Source of the DNA: an uncultured Flavobacteriales bacterium
Lineage (GTDB): Bacteria; Bacteroidota; Bacteroidia; Flavobacteriales; UBA7430
Length of the DNA stretch: 40,595 bases
Assembly: GCA_963933205.1 (NCBI GenBank)
Contig: CAWVTK010000001.1
Coordinates: 1-40,595 of the forward strand
Direction of reading: 5' to 3'
Shown piece by piece: positions 12,101-21,000 of this stretch. Position 1 is the first letter of the stretch. Each line of letters opens with the position of its first letter. The notes below the pieces were generated by a model, which saw only the letters and a program-made list of their open reading frames with translations, was not told the origin of the DNA and did not search any database. The translations under genes were made by a program, and so were the position numbers.

Positions 12101-15100
12101 GCTGATCACTACATTGGTTACAGTGTATCTAATTCGGCTATTAATAACGACGAATGGAATTCTCCACTTATTTCTTTACAAAGTGAAACCGCAGGATTTG
12201 GTTTTTCTATTAGTGAAGGCGTAACGCCAGAGCTGGTACAGTATTTAAATTTTGTGAATACTGGGCCTCTATTTGGAACCGGTTTAGACATTGAAATAGA
12301 TGCTTATCTCAACCTAAATGGAAATAGTCCAGACCCTGTTACGGCTTACGATAATGTAGGTGCAGAGGGCTCTATTGGCGATGGCGAGGCTTCGGGTTCT
12401 ATTTCAAACGGAGTTACTACCGTGGGAGGTAGTGTAGGTTCTTCCAGCGAAGATGGTGTTAATACCGTTTCTGCATCTGGAGATTACTCCAACGGAGTTG
12501 TTAATGCGGGTATTTCTGTCGATATTTCTATTGACGATGATCCTACCAATGATTCTTACGGTAACGAAGAGCAATTAAGTGATTTGTTATTAAATTTTGC
12601 GAGTGTACAAGATTTCACTTCTGTTCCTGGTTTTATAAATTTAAACAATCTAATAGATGATTTAACCTTAGATGTACCAGAAGAATCCGAAACGATTGTT
12701 ATCCCAAGAGATAAGGTTCAGTTTTATGCCCAGCAAATTAAGTTGTGGAAAAGAGCTATGGCCAATAACGAATTGGATAAAATAGAGTCTGAGTTCTTAA
12801 CAAATCATTCCATTAGTGCAGGTGTTTCCATAGAGCAAAGTCACACATCAGTTGGGGCTTACTCCAATACGAATTCTATTACTTACGATCTATCTTCAAC
12901 AAACGCCTTAGGTGGAGATTTCTCAGGGCATCTTGCAGTGATAGGATTTAATGCAGGGTTTTCCTACAACAACAAATACACGCTTGAGTTTAAGACTACC
13001 ACAAATTTGTCTGGACAATCGGTAACCACTACAAACTATAAATTATCCGACAACGATCAAGGAGACATCATTTCTATAGATGTAAACGAATCAAATTACG
13101 GATTCGGTCCTATATTTAAAGTTCAAGCTGGAGCCACCTCTTGTCCTTGGGAAAATGTAGTTAACGCAAAATACATTAGAGACTTTGATTTGTATTTTGA
13201 ATTAAAGTTTTACGACGAGTTTGTAAAAACAGGTTTGGCGATGCCAAGTCAGTTAACGTTGAACTCAAATACATTTGATTTTACCTTCTATGGTTCTTTA
13301 GCTGAAAATGAGCTTAATGTTAAAAAAGCATCTTACGTAGATTATTCTCGCACAACTGCTTTACCGATTAAAAGTGTCTTTGATCAGAAGAGATTGGACG
13401 TTTATAATGCCGTTAAAGAGAGTCTTCTTAACCAACACACCAGTATGTTTGGTTCGGACGCTCCTTACGAACTTTCTGCAAAAACATCTCAAAGAGACAA
13501 GCCTACCTTAGATGTATTTCCTCCTGTTTTATACAATGTTAATGAAAATGAGCAAGCAGCATTCACTTTAACCTTAGGAAATGCTTCAGAAGACAACTCG
13601 AATCGAATGTATAAAATTCGTGTTATTGAAGCAGAGAATCCACATGGAGCTATTTTAAAAATTGATGGTATAAATCCTAACAGAGAGTTTACCGTTCCAG
13701 CTGGAGGCTCGGTTACCAAAACACTTACGGTAGCCAAAGGGCCAGATTCTTTAAACTACGAGAATCTTCAAATCATAATTTACCCAGGTTGTCAATACGA
13801 CTGGGGTACTTCTGATGAATACGATATTGCCGATACAATCTCTTTCAGTACTTATTTCTTACCAACTTGTACAGACATTGTTATACATGATACAGACGAT
13901 GATTGGTTAGTGAATAACGCCGACACAAACTTACTTACTCTTAAATTAGAGGATTACAACATCAACTACTATAGTTTAAGAGATGTATACTTTGATTATA
14001 AATTTGAAAACGAACCTTGGACACCTATAGAGCCACAATCTAATGTGGTTAACCCACATTTCGTAATCAATAATCTAGAGAATTTCAAAACCTTTAGTCC
14101 TTTAGATTTGTATAATTTATTGCACTCGGACTTCAATTTGTCTTCTGTAGTAAATACAGACCTGTACAACCAATTAGAACCTAAGGAAAAATGTAGAGGT
14201 GGTAATTGCGCCATATACAATGCAACTGGACTTAATGTTCATGAAGATTGGATTGCTTGGAAAGCAGTTGATGCTGATACCACTGAATATATTCAAGGTG
14301 AGATCAGTCGTTTAAAAACAACGTACTTGAGTTCGGAAGAAGCAGTTTCAGATAACGAGATGCTTTCTTTGAGAATGGCAAGTACAAATGTTCTTTGGGA
14401 GGTGCCAATGGTGCCAAAAGATGGGAACTATAAAATCCGTGCAAAATCAAATTGCGGCTTTTATACTTCACAAACCAGTAGCCAGCAAGAAGAAATCGCT
14501 GTGTATAGTTTAACTCACGATGTGTTTTCAGATCGAATCCGACCTGAGTTGTTTGGGTCTATTCAACCTACGGATGGAATATTAAATCCGAATGATGACG
14601 TAATCGTAACCTTCAATGAGCCCATCAATGAGATTGCTTTTAATACCTCATCCGCTCAAACGTATGTTGAAGTTATGGCTCGAAAAAACAGAACAGCTCA
14701 TACGCACGATAGCTACCTATATTTTGGATCAGACGATAGTTTAAACATTCCTTCAGGAGTATATCTAAACAACTCTTTTACCATAGAGATGTGGCTAAAG
14801 CCTGAATCAAATGGTGTTTTATTTGAACAATCAAATGGAACCGATTCGGAAGTGATTAAATTGAGTGTTGTTGATTTCGATACGGATCCTAAATTACAGT
14901 TTGAATACATCCACCCAACAGATGAAACCAAAAATCAAATGGTAAACCATTCAATGGAATTACCGAGTACCGGATTCACGCACTTAGCTCTTGCTTACGA
15001 TGCCGTAGATCATCAAATAATTTTCTTAGATGGAACAGGCTCTGTTGCTACACCAAGCTATTCCTTTAATATGAATTATGTAGGCGATGGACCTATTATT

Positions 15101-18007
15101 GCTGGGGCTTTATACAAAGGTGCTATGCACGATTTAAGAGTATGGAGTAAGGTAGCAGGCGATATACTAGCCAATCGTTCTATTAACTTGTCTGGAAAAG
15201 AAGCGAATTTAGTTGGATATTGGCCAATGGATGAGCTTAGGTCAAATCCAAAAGACAAGGCCAGATATAGACATGCACAAACATCTGCACAGTGGGCTGT
15301 AGAAAGTGAAAACAAAGCTCTGAAATTGGAGTACAATCCAGCTTTAATAGAAGACTTCTCGGCTCTTCAAGATTCTTCTACGCTCGCCATTGTAAATGGA
15401 AGTGACTTTACAGTAGAACTTTGGTTTAATACTGATGTTTCAAATAATCAAACCCTTTTATCTTTGGGCTCTTGGGATCTTGGAGATAAGTTTGAAACCT
15501 GGTCTTTTGACATAAACGCTGGAGCAATAGAAATTTTCCAAGGGGATACCATTTATGCACCGGTTTTAAATACCAACTCCACATACAACGATGGAGAATG
15601 GCATCATATGGCCCTGGTTAAAAATGCCCGCTCAAACACCAGACTTTATGTAGATGGTGTAGAAGTGGATCAGGTAGACTCAGAATTTGTGGGAGGTATT
15701 ACATCTTCTTCGACGTATTTAGGTCATCGAAGAATTGTGGATACAGAAACGGCTTCTGTCGGATACACAAACCATTATATGGGATTAATTGACGAGATAA
15801 GAATTTGGAATATCGCAAAGTCTCACGACAGAATATTGTCTGAGATGAACAGTAATATATCCGAAAAGCTTGGTTTGAGTCAGTCTACAGATTTCAATCA
15901 AATTCAAATGAACTCCGAGATCATTAATTCTTCCGAATTAGATGTTCCTTTAATTAGAGCCTCAGAACTTAAAACCTCGGTTTCTTTTCACGACGTTTCC
16001 AATGGAGATCAAATCTCTATTAATTTAACGGAGTCTTTAAGTAGAATTGAAAACACTTCAATTGATTTTACGCTTCAAAAAGTTAGAGATTTATCTGGTA
16101 ACCTGATTGAATCGCCTATTACATGGACTACTTACATAGACAAAAATCAATTGATTTGGGACAATGAGTTTATAGAAATGGAAAAATTACTTAGCGAGTC
16201 TCTTTCGTTCACAACCCACATAATCAATCAAGGTGGTACGGTAGAGAATTTCCAAATCAGTAATTTACCACCTTGGTTAAATGCATACCCTAGCGAAGGA
16301 TTGTTAGATCCAAATTCGTTTACTCAAATTGAGTTTGTTGTAAATGAAGATCTGTTTATTGGCGACTATAAGGAAGACATTTTACTGGTTGGAAACAATG
16401 ACTATGCTGAGCGTATGGAGTTCAATCTTAATGTTGAGATGGAACAACCTGAATATTCTGTTGATCAACAAGACTATGAATATGTAATGAACTTTGTAGG
16501 TAAGGTAACCGTAGAAGGAATTCGTTCTAGAGATGAGAAGGATATATTGTTTGCCTATGTAGGCGAGGAATTAAGAGGAGCAGCTAGTCCAATTTATATT
16601 GAAGAATACGACAGCTATTTAATTTTCCTTTCAGTTTACGGAGATCAAGTAAACGGCGAAGAAGTAAGCTTTAGATTATGGGATGCCAGCGCAGGTAAAT
16701 TCCAAACTAGAGTAAAAATTAATGGTCAGGATCTTCATGATTTCCAACCTAGTTTCGTTATTGGTTCATTTACAGAGCTTACGCGCTTTGAAGCGACCAA
16801 TATTTTAAGACAAGACATCGTTTTAAATGAAGGCTGGAATTGGGTGTCTTTTAACCTAAATTCTTTAGAGGAACAAGACGATTTAGACGATGTATTACAA
16901 GTTTCTACCGTTATGAATCAGGTAGATGGTTCATCCGTTTCTATATTCAAAAATCAATATGCCTTTACTCAATTTGCAGAAATTGATGGATACAATGATA
17001 CCTGGATTGGCTCTTTAACAGAACTTCCTATTACGGATATGTTCATGATTAAAACGCAAAAATCGGATACGATTATTTACGAAGGTAAAATTGTGAATCC
17101 ATCTGAGGTACCAATTGACGTAAGTGCTGGTTGGAACTGGATTAGCTACTTAGGACAAAGAATAATGAGTACGAATGATGCGCTTTCTAGTTTAAATCCT
17201 AGCTCGGGTGATGTAATAAAGAATAAAAGTGCTTTTAGTATGTACGCTTCGGAGAGTCTTGGATGGCTTGGTACTTTAAACAGTATGGAAAGTGGACATG
17301 GATATATGTTAAAAACCGAAAGTACCGGTTCTTTAATTTACCCCGAAAGTTCAATATTTAGAATTCGAGACTACCAACTTAGCAAGAATCAAATTTCCGA
17401 TGAACTTGTTGAAGTGAACAACGCTTTGTATCAAAACTCAATGAGTATGGTTGCGAAAATTGATTTGGAGAAATTTACTCAACCAGATCTTTCAAATGTT
17501 TTAGCCGCTTACAGCGATCAATTGTGTCTGGGTAATATTAATGCTACACAGATCAATGAAGAAGAATCCTTGTACTTCATCACCATTTATGGTGAAGACG
17601 GCTACAATGTTTCGTTTAAATACTTCGATCAGGTTAATGGCGACTCTTTTAATGCAGAAAACACCCTTGAGTTTGAAGCTAATAAATTGATTGGGTCCAT
17701 ACAAGATCCTTATCCGATTATATTAACCGAGAGCCCAGATGATTTTTTGATAGAGTATACTCTAGATGTATATCCAAATCCATTTAAAGAGGAGTTTGAG
17801 GTAGAATTCACACTTGACAATGATGAATTCATTTCTATTGACATCTTTGATGTAACAGGTAGAAAAGTGAAATCTTTATTCAATGGATTACTTAACTCAG
17901 GACTACACAATTTAGATATTGACGCTTCTGATATTGCCAAAGGAAGTTATTTCATTGAATTGAAATTAAACGATTCTAGTTTCAGAAAAATCATTATTAA
18001 ATCATAA
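6110..18007 (+). CDS. Giant (3965 aa) secreted surface protein with FN3-like modules, three LamG (concanavalin A-like) domains, modules B and C, and a type-A T9SS C-terminal sorting domain
   Basis: An uninterrupted 11.9 kb frame in AT-rich DNA. Signal peptide MNVSIFNKFLVFIAFFLFLSNTSFAQ. FN3-like stretches (for example IHLTWNNNSSGVIDHYSIERRQ...YEYRIKA). LamG hallmarks (FTVTFWMK...GVLFS...MDEMVLWRKVLSDEEI, FTIEMWLKP..., FTVELWFN...IDEIRIWNIAKS). The C-terminus is YPNPFKEEFEVEFTL...IDIFDVTGRKVKSLFNG...GSYFIELKLNDSSFRKIIIKS. Confidence 0.93.
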   Translation: MNVSIFNKFLVFIAFFLFLSNTSFAQFSPHNGDIGADESLEWLYDYNGSFKLGVISKNSGNNASAPIAIRISTLIVRDLPCVLGNCNDEPVYWNHVKNLHATNGQFSDLMYIEPTLPGAETTINGWQTLEKIETADGHSTITGSYECCPWYSTCYCPSYTTESRGYDFHVLGRSGEEFKNVTSTINNNYVTVSFDWYDFPENWINSVAQFTVGPQQFQRFIPVDFGTEIAAVTEAVVTDNDVTLVGESSLVSCATDNDHSEKWYAVSQDIYQDTNFHEVDLGDWSDDFSLPILTAENSENIGPNVSFDYKLYYREFGKGCAMQRVFEPEEITTSNLNSIDRIIALNEDDGTVKVLWSHLTSVDKSDVSYIVKRTDDPNLDLEDWRTVYKFEQGVPSINYTLNNGQNVTNGVVDPNDEVNPLGESFSEKGLAGQFIDHTADPEGTYKYSIQAKVITEYVNTNYIQQMESTGAGISFFDDNNQLNIVTPTPLCSGFEIQGVQSIINEEIKFGNEDYEYDNQDHILSFNSPDFFGTQGVSQRVYFYENSELTVPLINPETEEAIIIDGSVSEISGYELPLEDDVFSRTVYGIIEATRTDGKVFRSFKPRVIVGNRKPVPPTVNISSATFEDYVTLRFTNVKEEHNIDHIKIYRTARTPSTSTAPTDSTTYSENFVLDSLILTKEDLQDLIVEAGELVFKDIPDSDNSFSGESTVLCNEYAYQIQSSNCENWSLNDSPFYVEVKGNTKQVTPTLDQDVFELGNPLKDLTSSKGEFPDKIHLTWNNNSSGVIDHYSIERRQYGSEGENAWIQLGSVSTGEKYFQDTYAEANLLYEYRIKAHVGNCETSSPEDPGTQANMVSTHQVGYRRPVGRITGRITYNQTSNPVSDVYVKVEPIINEDQTTNRSLNLESNYGIVRSPIKSDSDLDAFTVTFWMKSMADQQGVLFSRKSTLYDMSLYLDGNAIGYSEYSGSLNETYPAYNLKPEENSWNNVTLTFTTLEDEKQVKFYINGLLMNTYSSQFTPSVFDDFIFGVDRNLNAESSFDGLMDEMVLWRKVLSDEEIQSNYFKFLKTSDDDLIFFIAADEGLGAFSYDISSNTIDVFNKNHLELNSLSLTDTFSIPNHANHFYNDNYNTELLNLDKSTSSGMYDVTNIRYINDGNNFSITPFTILNETYSVIHEFLPAQRTDFIGDQSLLLSAIDFNDLTAITVQGNVFFDVTEENSDVSLIDKTEYQIGVEDVFVKVGGKRIQNDDGEVKTDADGFFSMSIPIGEQCISFEKNGHTFYYGDLEGERDDRYCQEFNFNSEQNLPNFSCNTYKELRGRITGGQMYDSQTIADIQIGFNQSANTIGSVGFDLMPNAASVLDYEGYLVSVQTNVLTGEYHAKLLPIVHKVNSSSWISSNYDVENSYRNQQQLFPTIDMEVKGDNDVNGDFVEEQLSSSIGELASQTITFNKRFDLVYRSNPSILVSQNIAGELAWSTSIGETSIEIDEGFSITTSDSTGYLLGMPVFKEKYGNGTYRYNIEVSEVYTNYGAINSTHDHNSYMYKDQNGASVHDTKQYLNPLQQGDVSIFNTMMKSSTEMMSLSDLNGSVDYEFNPDDPYVFGKEQGYMRKFIIQYQDGSVNAQWPKLSAGQNASTRGDVYAFGDESYGNDFFTFGPQTVDMILRDPSGDGSYSSITEGSTITRTSSVTNVNGYTKDWNFSVGAGLEIGGAIGFSLGAHVETKWSAKAFVTAGMTNSASLTNSSENQITISETYNHTISTNSADWEVGAKGDLYIGESKNLNFGTSKELQFLSTHNCALGGGVFDCLDYPLIKQNKTIRKQYEIDDVTNDTVISILQASALYELSSIPVSNSESIISDSTYSSNGKTYIIHDIEEVGSYQIGTQTAVSIKPGVSTKFAFSNNYIQNYLLTKLALIKNTYLFGEYTVDTDLLPIDHECFGEPSNSTCFDSYEDQSIRNYYTIPETSTEEYYVLPNLTNYDVNTLTAILGSTYQEFQSNFEDADHYIGYSVSNSAINNDEWNSPLISLQSETAGFGFSISEGVTPELVQYLNFVNTGPLFGTGLDIEIDAYLNLNGNSPDPVTAYDNVGAEGSIGDGEASGSISNGVTTVGGSVGSSSEDGVNTVSASGDYSNGVVNAGISVDISIDDDPTNDSYGNEEQLSDLLLNFASVQDFTSVPGFINLNNLIDDLTLDVPEESETIVIPRDKVQFYAQQIKLWKRAMANNELDKIESEFLTNHSISAGVSIEQSHTSVGAYSNTNSITYDLSSTNALGGDFSGHLAVIGFNAGFSYNNKYTLEFKTTTNLSGQSVTTTNYKLSDNDQGDIISIDVNESNYGFGPIFKVQAGATSCPWENVVNAKYIRDFDLYFELKFYDEFVKTGLAMPSQLTLNSNTFDFTFYGSLAENELNVKKASYVDYSRTTALPIKSVFDQKRLDVYNAVKESLLNQHTSMFGSDAPYELSAKTSQRDKPTLDVFPPVLYNVNENEQAAFTLTLGNASEDNSNRMYKIRVIEAENPHGAILKIDGINPNREFTVPAGGSVTKTLTVAKGPDSLNYENLQIIIYPGCQYDWGTSDEYDIADTISFSTYFLPTCTDIVIHDTDDDWLVNNADTNLLTLKLEDYNINYYSLRDVYFDYKFENEPWTPIEPQSNVVNPHFVINNLENFKTFSPLDLYNLLHSDFNLSSVVNTDLYNQLEPKEKCRGGNCAIYNATGLNVHEDWIAWKAVDADTTEYIQGEISRLKTTYLSSEEAVSDNEMLSLRMASTNVLWEVPMVPKDGNYKIRAKSNCGFYTSQTSSQQEEIAVYSLTHDVFSDRIRPELFGSIQPTDGILNPNDDVIVTFNEPINEIAFNTSSAQTYVEVMARKNRTAHTHDSYLYFGSDDSLNIPSGVYLNNSFTIEMWLKPESNGVLFEQSNGTDSEVIKLSVVDFDTDPKLQFEYIHPTDETKNQMVNHSMELPSTGFTHLALAYDAVDHQIIFLDGTGSVATPSYSFNMNYVGDGPIIAGALYKGAMHDLRVWSKVAGDILANRSINLSGKEANLVGYWPMDELRSNPKDKARYRHAQTSAQWAVESENKALKLEYNPALIEDFSALQDSSTLAIVNGSDFTVELWFNTDVSNNQTLLSLGSWDLGDKFETWSFDINAGAIEIFQGDTIYAPVLNTNSTYNDGEWHHMALVKNARSNTRLYVDGVEVDQVDSEFVGGITSSSTYLGHRRIVDTETASVGYTNHYMGLIDEIRIWNIAKSHDRILSEMNSNISEKLGLSQSTDFNQIQMNSEIINSSELDVPLIRASELKTSVSFHDVSNGDQISINLTESLSRIENTSIDFTLQKVRDLSGNLIESPITWTTYIDKNQLIWDNEFIEMEKLLSESLSFTTHIINQGGTVENFQISNLPPWLNAYPSEGLLDPNSFTQIEFVVNEDLFIGDYKEDILLVGNNDYAERMEFNLNVEMEQPEYSVDQQDYEYVMNFVGKVTVEGIRSRDEKDILFAYVGEELRGAASPIYIEEYDSYLIFLSVYGDQVNGEEVSFRLWDASAGKFQTRVKINGQDLHDFQPSFVIGSFTELTRFEATNILRQDIVLNEGWNWVSFNLNSLEEQDDLDDVLQVSTVMNQVDGSSVSIFKNQYAFTQFAEIDGYNDTWIGSLTELPITDMFMIKTQKSDTIIYEGKIVNPSEVPIDVSAGWNWISYLGQRIMSTNDALSSLNPSSGDVIKNKSAFSMYASESLGWLGTLNSMESGHGYMLKTESTGSLIYPESSIFRIRDYQLSKNQISDELVEVNNALYQNSMSMVAKIDLEKFTQPDLSNVLAAYSDQLCLGNINATQINEEESLYFITIYGEDGYNVSFKYFDQVNGDSFNAENTLEFEANKLIGSIQDPYPIILTESPDDFLIEYTLDVYPNPFKEEFEVEFTLDNDEFISIDIFDVTGRKVKSLFNGLLNSGLHNLDIDASDIAKGSYFIELKLNDSSFRKIIIKS
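8807..9305 (+). other. LamG / concanavalin A-like lectin domain 1
   Basis: NRSLNLESNYGIV...AFTVTFWMKSMADQQGVLFS...WNNVTLTF...KFYINGLL...FDGLMDEMVLWRKVLSDEEIQSNY. This is the typical LamG_3 pattern: a candidate sequence, then FT.E.W.., then .DE.R.W...LS..EI. Confidence 0.7.
14714..15235 (+). other. LamG / concanavalin A-like lectin domain 2
   Basis: YLYFGSDDSLNIPSGVYLNNSFTIEMWLKPESNGVLFEQ...FTHLALAYD...GAMHDLRVWSKV...LVGYWPMDE. Confidence 0.7.
15317..15868 (+). other. LamG / concanavalin A-like lectin domain 3
   Basis: ALKLEYNPALIED...GSDFTVELWFNTDVSNNQTLLSLG...GEWHHMALVKNARSNTRLYVDGVEV...MGLIDEIRIWNIAKSHDRILSEM. Confidence 0.7.
16475..17721 (+). other. B-C-C-B module block immediately before the sorting domain of the 3965-aa protein
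   Basis: B-like segments at 16475-16798 (YVMNFVGKVTVEG..DILFAYVGEELRGAAS..LIFLSVYGDQVNGEEVSFRLWD) and 17435-17721 (NSMSMVAKIDL..VLAAYSDQLCLGN..YFITIYGEDGYNVSFKYFD). Divergent C-like segments at 16829-17089 (EGWNWVSFNL...WIGSLTEL...MFMIKT) and 17123-17350 (AGWNWISYLG...GDVIKNKSAF...WLGTLNSMESGHGYMLKT). Confidence 0.55.
17756..18004 (+). other. Type-A T9SS C-terminal sorting domain (Por secretion tail)
   Basis: YTLDVYPNPFKEEFEVEFTLDNDEFISIDIFDVTGRKVKSLFNGLLNSGLHNLDIDASDIAKGSYFIELKLNDSSFRKIIIKS matches the familiar YPNP...(I/V)xIxDxxGRxV...G.Y(F/L)...K(I/L)(I/V)K pattern. Confidence 0.85.
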
Positions 18008-18019
18008 TCCCCCAGAAAT

Positions 18020-21000
18020 ATGAAAACTCTAAATAAATTTTTGATTAGCTTTTTGGTTTTATCTATGGGGATTATAAACTCCTCTATTATTAAAGCTCAA
18101 GACACAGACGAATGTGGTATTGTAGGTGGCTCAGGTTACTTTTACTCTTATATTGACTCCGATGGAGACGGTATTGGGGAAGGAGATCCGATTGAGTCTT
18201 GTACTGATTTAAGTTTAAACTTTTGTGGCCCTCTTAGTTTTACGCTGGGAAATTACCCAGAAGAGGTAAGCTATACTATACTTGATGAAAATGGTAACGA
18301 GATAGAGTCTGGTTCTATCGATGGTAAACCAGAATTGTGTTTGCCATTTGGGAATTACACACTCCAAATGGTTGACAGTTTTGGCGATGGTTGGGATGGC
18401 AACATTCTTATGTACAACGGAAACGAATATACACTCGAAGAATCGCTATCAATTTTAGAGGTTCCTTTTATGGTGTCAAACACTGAAGACAATACGAATA
18501 TGTATGTGTCCTTAGGTGGGGATTCCGATTTATTTGGATGTACAGAACCAAGTGCGTCTAATTACAATGCAATGGCAATGGAAGACGACGGTTCTTGTGA
18601 ATTTGGTGATTCTAGCTTTGGATGTACAGAATTGAGTGCTTCTAATTACAATGCAATGGCAACGGAAGACGACGGCTCTTGTGAATTTGATGAAGCTAAG
18701 TTTGGATGTACAGATTCCACCGCTAGTAACTACGATGCACTGGCAACGGAAGAAGACGGTTCTTGTGATTTCGAATCTTTCATCTTTGGCTGTACAGACT
18801 CTTTCGCTAGCAACTACAATGCAATGGCAACGGAAGAAGACGGTTCTTGTGAGTTTGAATCTTTCATCTTTGGCTGTACAGACTCTTTCGCTAGTAACTA
18901 CAATGCAATGGCAACGGAAGAAGACGGTTCTTGTGAGTTTGAAATTTTGATTTATGGATGTACAAATCCTAATGCTACCAACTACGATTTATTAGCAACA
19001 ATAGATGATGGATATTGTGAGTTAAATGCCGATTTCGGATGTATGGAAGATTGGGCTGATAATTACAACGCTGATGCAACTTCTCAATTACCGGACGAAT
19101 TCCAAAACGACACCATTCTTTACAGTGATGTAATCACAGGTTCAACATCTGAAGCTTATTTCTATGTAGATGAATACTCCAACACTCTTCAAATATATGG
19201 GTACAACATAGCCAGCGAGAATAATCTGATTCGTACTTGTATCGAAGGAGAAAATCCATACGACTGCTTCTCGGCATTTCAAACAATGCAATCTCATTCA
19301 TCAATGGATACTGTTTTAATGAGCTACCCTCAAGAAATAGTGGATTGTTTCTCTTACAACGATTTTTATTCATGCGAAAATGCACTTGAATATTATTCTC
19401 TAGAAATGTCCGAATACTTAAACATATTGGATGCAGACAGTACCTTGATTCAGAATTGCCTGCAAGGAGATGGTGAATCTTGTATTTCTGCTGTTTCTGA
19501 CCTAAATGATTATGCAACCGAAGTACAAAACTGTTTCCAGTATGGCTACGATTGCGAGATTGCTGTAAGCGATTACTCAAGTCAAATGGCAGATTATTTC
19601 GATTACGATTCGGCTTTAATACCAACGGTGTCTGCTTCAGTAAATATCCTCCAAGATGGAACGTACTCCTTTTCCTTATTCACTACGGGTAATTACGATA
19701 CTCAAAATACATTTGACCGTAATTTTGAGAATCAAGGATTCTATATTCTAAACTCAGACACTACATTTTTTAACCTACTTGAAGAGTTTTACACCGATAC
19801 TATTTCAGCAAGTGCTGGATCTGTTTTAACCTTCGGTATGTCTGGTCTTCAGATGGGTGAGATGAGTGTAGAACCCTTAATTCAATCAATCAACTTGGGA
19901 TCTCCTACTTGTTTTAAAGCCGGTTGTATGTTCGATTGGGCCGATAATTTTAACGAATCGGTTACTCTAGACGACGGTTCTTGTTCTAAATCTGGATGTA
20001 CGGCAGATTGGTCTGATAATTTCGACCCTGAAGCTACTACTGATGATGGCACTTGTAGTCGTTTGGGTTGTATGGAAGACTGGGCAGACAACTTTGACGC
20101 TCTTGCCACAATAGACAACGCATCTTGTTTCATATTTGGATGTATGGAAGAATGGGCAGACAACTATAATCCTTCTGCAACAGCAGATATTACTGGAGAT
20201 ATCAATCTGTCTAACATGAATACAGCAGTGTATCCTATTAGTTCTGATGGTTCTGTTGAAGTAACTAACAATAGTTTTATCATTAACGGAATTAATGAAG
20301 GCAACGGGCTTTCAAATGGATCAAGTCAAAGTTTAACTATTTCAATAGTAAACTCAGGTACTTATTCTTTTAATTGGCAACATACAGATTACGATACAGA
20401 CGGTGCTTTTTATGCCGTAAATTTTGAAGCCTCAACTTTAGTAGACTTTTACAATAACGAGGAGATAACTGTATTGGCTTCAAACGGTACTGGAGACTAT
20501 CAAACAGGTGGCAATGCATTCAGCAACACTGAAGTTTGGAATGGAACGGTAGAGATTTATTTAAGCGCTGGCGACAATATCACTTTTGGAGTTTTAGGTG
20601 AAGATTTGTGCTGTGGTAATGGTGTACTTAGTGTAGAGAACTTTACACTATTAGAAACCGAAAATGGTTCTTGTTTTAAAAACGGATGTACCGTTTCAAC
20701 ATCATGTAATTACGACGCAACTGCTACTATAGATGATGGTTCTTGTGGAACTTCTCTAACACTAACTTCGAATCAGTCTGAATACTATTGTTCTGACTTT
20801 AGTTGGTCTCTATCCACAGATAACTCTGAGCTTATTGAAGACGGAAATTGTGCAGAAAGCCTTGAAGTGTGTCTTTCGGAAGGCGATTATGTTCTAAACG
20901 CCAACAATTCTAATGATTCCGAATGGTGGCCATCTTGGACTTATGTACAGATAAGCGAAATCGACTCAGCGTCTACCTTTAACGATTCTGGAACTTACGA

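Noticed and set aside
18636-18950. 104-aa plus-strand ORF in an alternative frame of the 84-bp tandem repeats. Similar repeat-driven antisense ORFs occur at 19882-20163 and 25375-25713.
   Set aside because: These frames are open only because the underlying DNA is periodic. Their products are themselves periodic low-complexity sequences (QWQRKKTVLV...). They lie wholly inside a 9-kb frame that has coherent domain content.
19134-19625. 163-aa antisense ORF inside the 3002-aa gene
   Set aside because: The product is rich in Arg, Asn and Leu with no motif, signal or start context. It is fully embedded in the much better supported sense frame.
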